This document shows, piece by piece, positions 60,967 through 64,000 of a stretch of DNA of 64,000 nt; position 1 is the first letter of the stretch, and each line of letters opens with the position of its first letter. The stretch is taken from positions 16,699 to 80,698 of the forward strand of contig JAQBYD010000005.1 in the NCBI GenBank assembly GCA_027623315.1, given 5' to 3'. Below the pieces are notes generated by a model that made no database searches, was not told the origin of the DNA, and saw nothing but the letters and a program-made list of their open reading frames with translations. A program made the translations under genes and the position numbers. This DNA is from Verrucomicrobiota bacterium. Lineage in GTDB: Bacteria; Verrucomicrobiota; Kiritimatiellia; CAJWTS01.

Positions 60967-61274
60967 GGGGTCGCAGGCGATTCGTCCACGGGAGGCTTGA
61001 GCACGACTTCATCGGGTCGGACCATGCCCATCTCGCGTGCCGTCCGCTCGACGAAACGCCGGTCGCTGTGAAACTTGGATTGATTCGAACGCAGGTCCGC
61101 GATCTTCTCGTCGACGTCGCGGCTCTCTTTCTCAAGGTCCAACTTCTGTTCATGCAGCCGGCCCTGGCGGCTCAGTTGCGGAGCGACCACGAGCGCGGTC
61201 CCGATCAGGCAAAGGATCACGATGATAGCCCAGGCCATGTTGTACAGCTTCTTTAGCTTCTTGTTGGTCGCCAT
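60963..61274 (-). CDS. ftsB: Septum formation initiator (FtsB/DivIC)
   Basis: TM + coiled coil + VERTAREMGMVRPDE; lies directly downstream of eno. Confidence 0.85.
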   Translation of the reverse strand: MATNKKLKKLYNMAWAIIVILCLIGTALVVAPQLSRQGRLHEQKLDLEKESRDVDEKIADLRSNQSKFHSDRRFVERTAREMGMVRPDEVVLKPPVDESPATP

Positions 61275-61302
61275 GGAGCGTCCTGCTGAAGTGTTCTGTG
61301 GC

Positions 61303-62703
<1,401 letters not shown>

Positions 62704-62705
62704 CT

Positions 62706-63605
62706 ATGCACGTAGCTGTTTTGGGTGCCGGGGGAATGCTGGGACACGATGTCGTGGACCGCTGCCGCGAGGAATCAGTCGAATGTACGCCGCTGAATTC
62801 AGCAGACGGTGACATCACGGACCCCCTGAAGCTCGCGCGTGCCGTCCCGGTGTGCGATTGGGTGATCAACTGTGCTTCGTACACACGCGTGGATGATGCT
62901 GAGGCGAACGTGGAGCAGGCGCGCCGGGTCAACCGGGACGGGGCGGGCCACATCGCCGAGTTATGCGCACGCCGGGGAATCTTTCTCTTGCACGTCAGTA
63001 CCGACTACGTCTTCGATGGACGCAAGCAGGGCGGGTACGTGGAGAGCGACCCGATCAATCCGCTCAACGTGTACGGGGAGACCAAGTTCGAGGGTGAGCA
63101 GGCTATCCGCGAGTCCGGCTGTCGGGCGATCATGATGCGCACACAGGCTCTCTTTGGAACGCACGGCTCCAGTTTCGTGAAGACCATCGCGGAGCGGATT
63201 ACGAAGTCCGGGGATCCGCTGAAGGTCGTGACCGACCATGTGACGTCTCCGACCTACACGGTGCATCTCGCGCAGGCGATAATCCGGTTGCTCGCGTGCG
63301 GTAAACACGGCATAGTTCATGTCGCCGCGACCGGCACGTGCACGTGGTACGATCTGGCATGTGCGATCGTGGCTCGCGTGAAGCCGGGACACCCGGTCGA
63401 GCCGGTTACGGCGGATGCTTTCCAGACGCCGGCCCGCCGGCCGCCGAACGCGACGCTGGATACAACACGATTTGAACGATGGACCGGGTGGGCGATGCCG
63501 GCGTGGCAGCAAGGGATTGACGGGTTTCTCGCTGAAACTGGACTCGGCAAGGCTGCCATAACCGAAAGCGTGAACAGGGCCGAGACGAATCAAGGCGGAG
63601 AATAG
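62706..63605 (+). CDS. rfbD: dTDP-4-dehydrorhamnose reductase
   Basis: GAGGMLG, HVSTDYVFDG, YGETK.GE, SPTY. Confidence 0.93.
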   Translation: MHVAVLGAGGMLGHDVVDRCREESVECTPLNSADGDITDPLKLARAVPVCDWVINCASYTRVDDAEANVEQARRVNRDGAGHIAELCARRGIFLLHVSTDYVFDGRKQGGYVESDPINPLNVYGETKFEGEQAIRESGCRAIMMRTQALFGTHGSSFVKTIAERITKSGDPLKVVTDHVTSPTYTVHLAQAIIRLLACGKHGIVHVAATGTCTWYDLACAIVARVKPGHPVEPVTADAFQTPARRPPNATLDTTRFERWTGWAMPAWQQGIDGFLAETGLGKAAITESVNRAETNQGGE

Positions 63606-63620
63606 GCGTCAGCCGAAGGT

Positions 63621-64000
63621 ATGAAGATACTCGTGACAGGCGGAGCGGGATTCATTGGAAGCAATTTCGTGCGGTACGTCCTGAAGACGTACCCCGATGA
63701 TCAGATCGTAAACCTCGACAAATTGACCTATGCGGGGAATCTCGAGAACCTCGCCGGGCTTGAAGATCAGAAGCGATACGCCTTCGTGCGCTCCGATATC
63801 GGTGCGGAGGTGGAAGTCGACGCCGCCCTGTCCGCCGGCGACTTTGACGCCATCGTCAACTTCGCGGCTGAGACACACGTGGATCGTAGCCTGCAGGATG
63901 CGCAAGTTTTCGTGCAGACCAATTCGATGGGAACGCAGGTGCTCCTGGACGCCTGCCGCCGCCACAAGATTCCCCGCTACCTGCAGGTATCGACCGACGA
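63621..64000 (+). CDS. rfbB: dTDP-glucose 4,6-dehydratase (5' part, truncated by the window)
   Basis: Manual translation MKILVTGGAGFIGSNF..DKLTYAGN..NFAAETHVDRS..QVSTD. Confidence 0.93.
   Translation, partial: MKILVTGGAGFIGSNFVRYVLKTYPDDQIVNLDKLTYAGNLENLAGLEDQKRYAFVRSDIGAEVEVDAALSAGDFDAIVNFAAETHVDRSLQDAQVFVQTNSMGTQVLLDACRRHKIPRYLQVSTD

Overview
A GC-rich bacterial chromosome segment, most consistent with the PVC superphylum (probably Kiritimatiellota, Lentisphaerae or Verrucomicrobia). This placement is an inference from gene content and protein style only. Most of the window is housekeeping: ndk, kdsD, uppP, aspS, hisS, HU/IHF, aroF, xerD, rnc, lpxL-like, mtnP, comF, uvrD/pcrA, folC, argE, glnS, gltX, der, rdgB, ftsB, eno, rfbD and rfbB, plus five tRNAs (Leu-TAG, Asp-GTC, Lys-TTT, Leu-CAA, Leu-GAG). 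Two features stand out. (1) There is a dense, nested set of palindromic repeats. A family of ~86-92 bp hairpin units with TCGCACTCTC...GAGAGTGCGA ends forms arrays with short spacers at 1.5-2.9 kb and 29.7-30.1 kb. In the first array a tandem two-domain four-helix-bundle (bAvd/IVS-protein-like) gene sits between two same-orientation units like a cassette. Also present are a smaller REP-like element that lies inside other repeats, a perfect GTAG-type REPIN inside an ORF, and 7-, 9-, 14- and 15-mer micro-repeat hairpins. (2) An ~18.5 kb co-oriented surface locus runs ECF sigma with membrane anchor, coiled-coil protein, 1909-aa M4 metalloprotease, coiled-coil protein, 2860-aa Ca-repeat exoprotein, lipoprotein; the two giant proteins share a C-terminal domain. 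No cas, reverse transcriptase or transposase gene was seen. All product calls come from motif recognition, not database searches.
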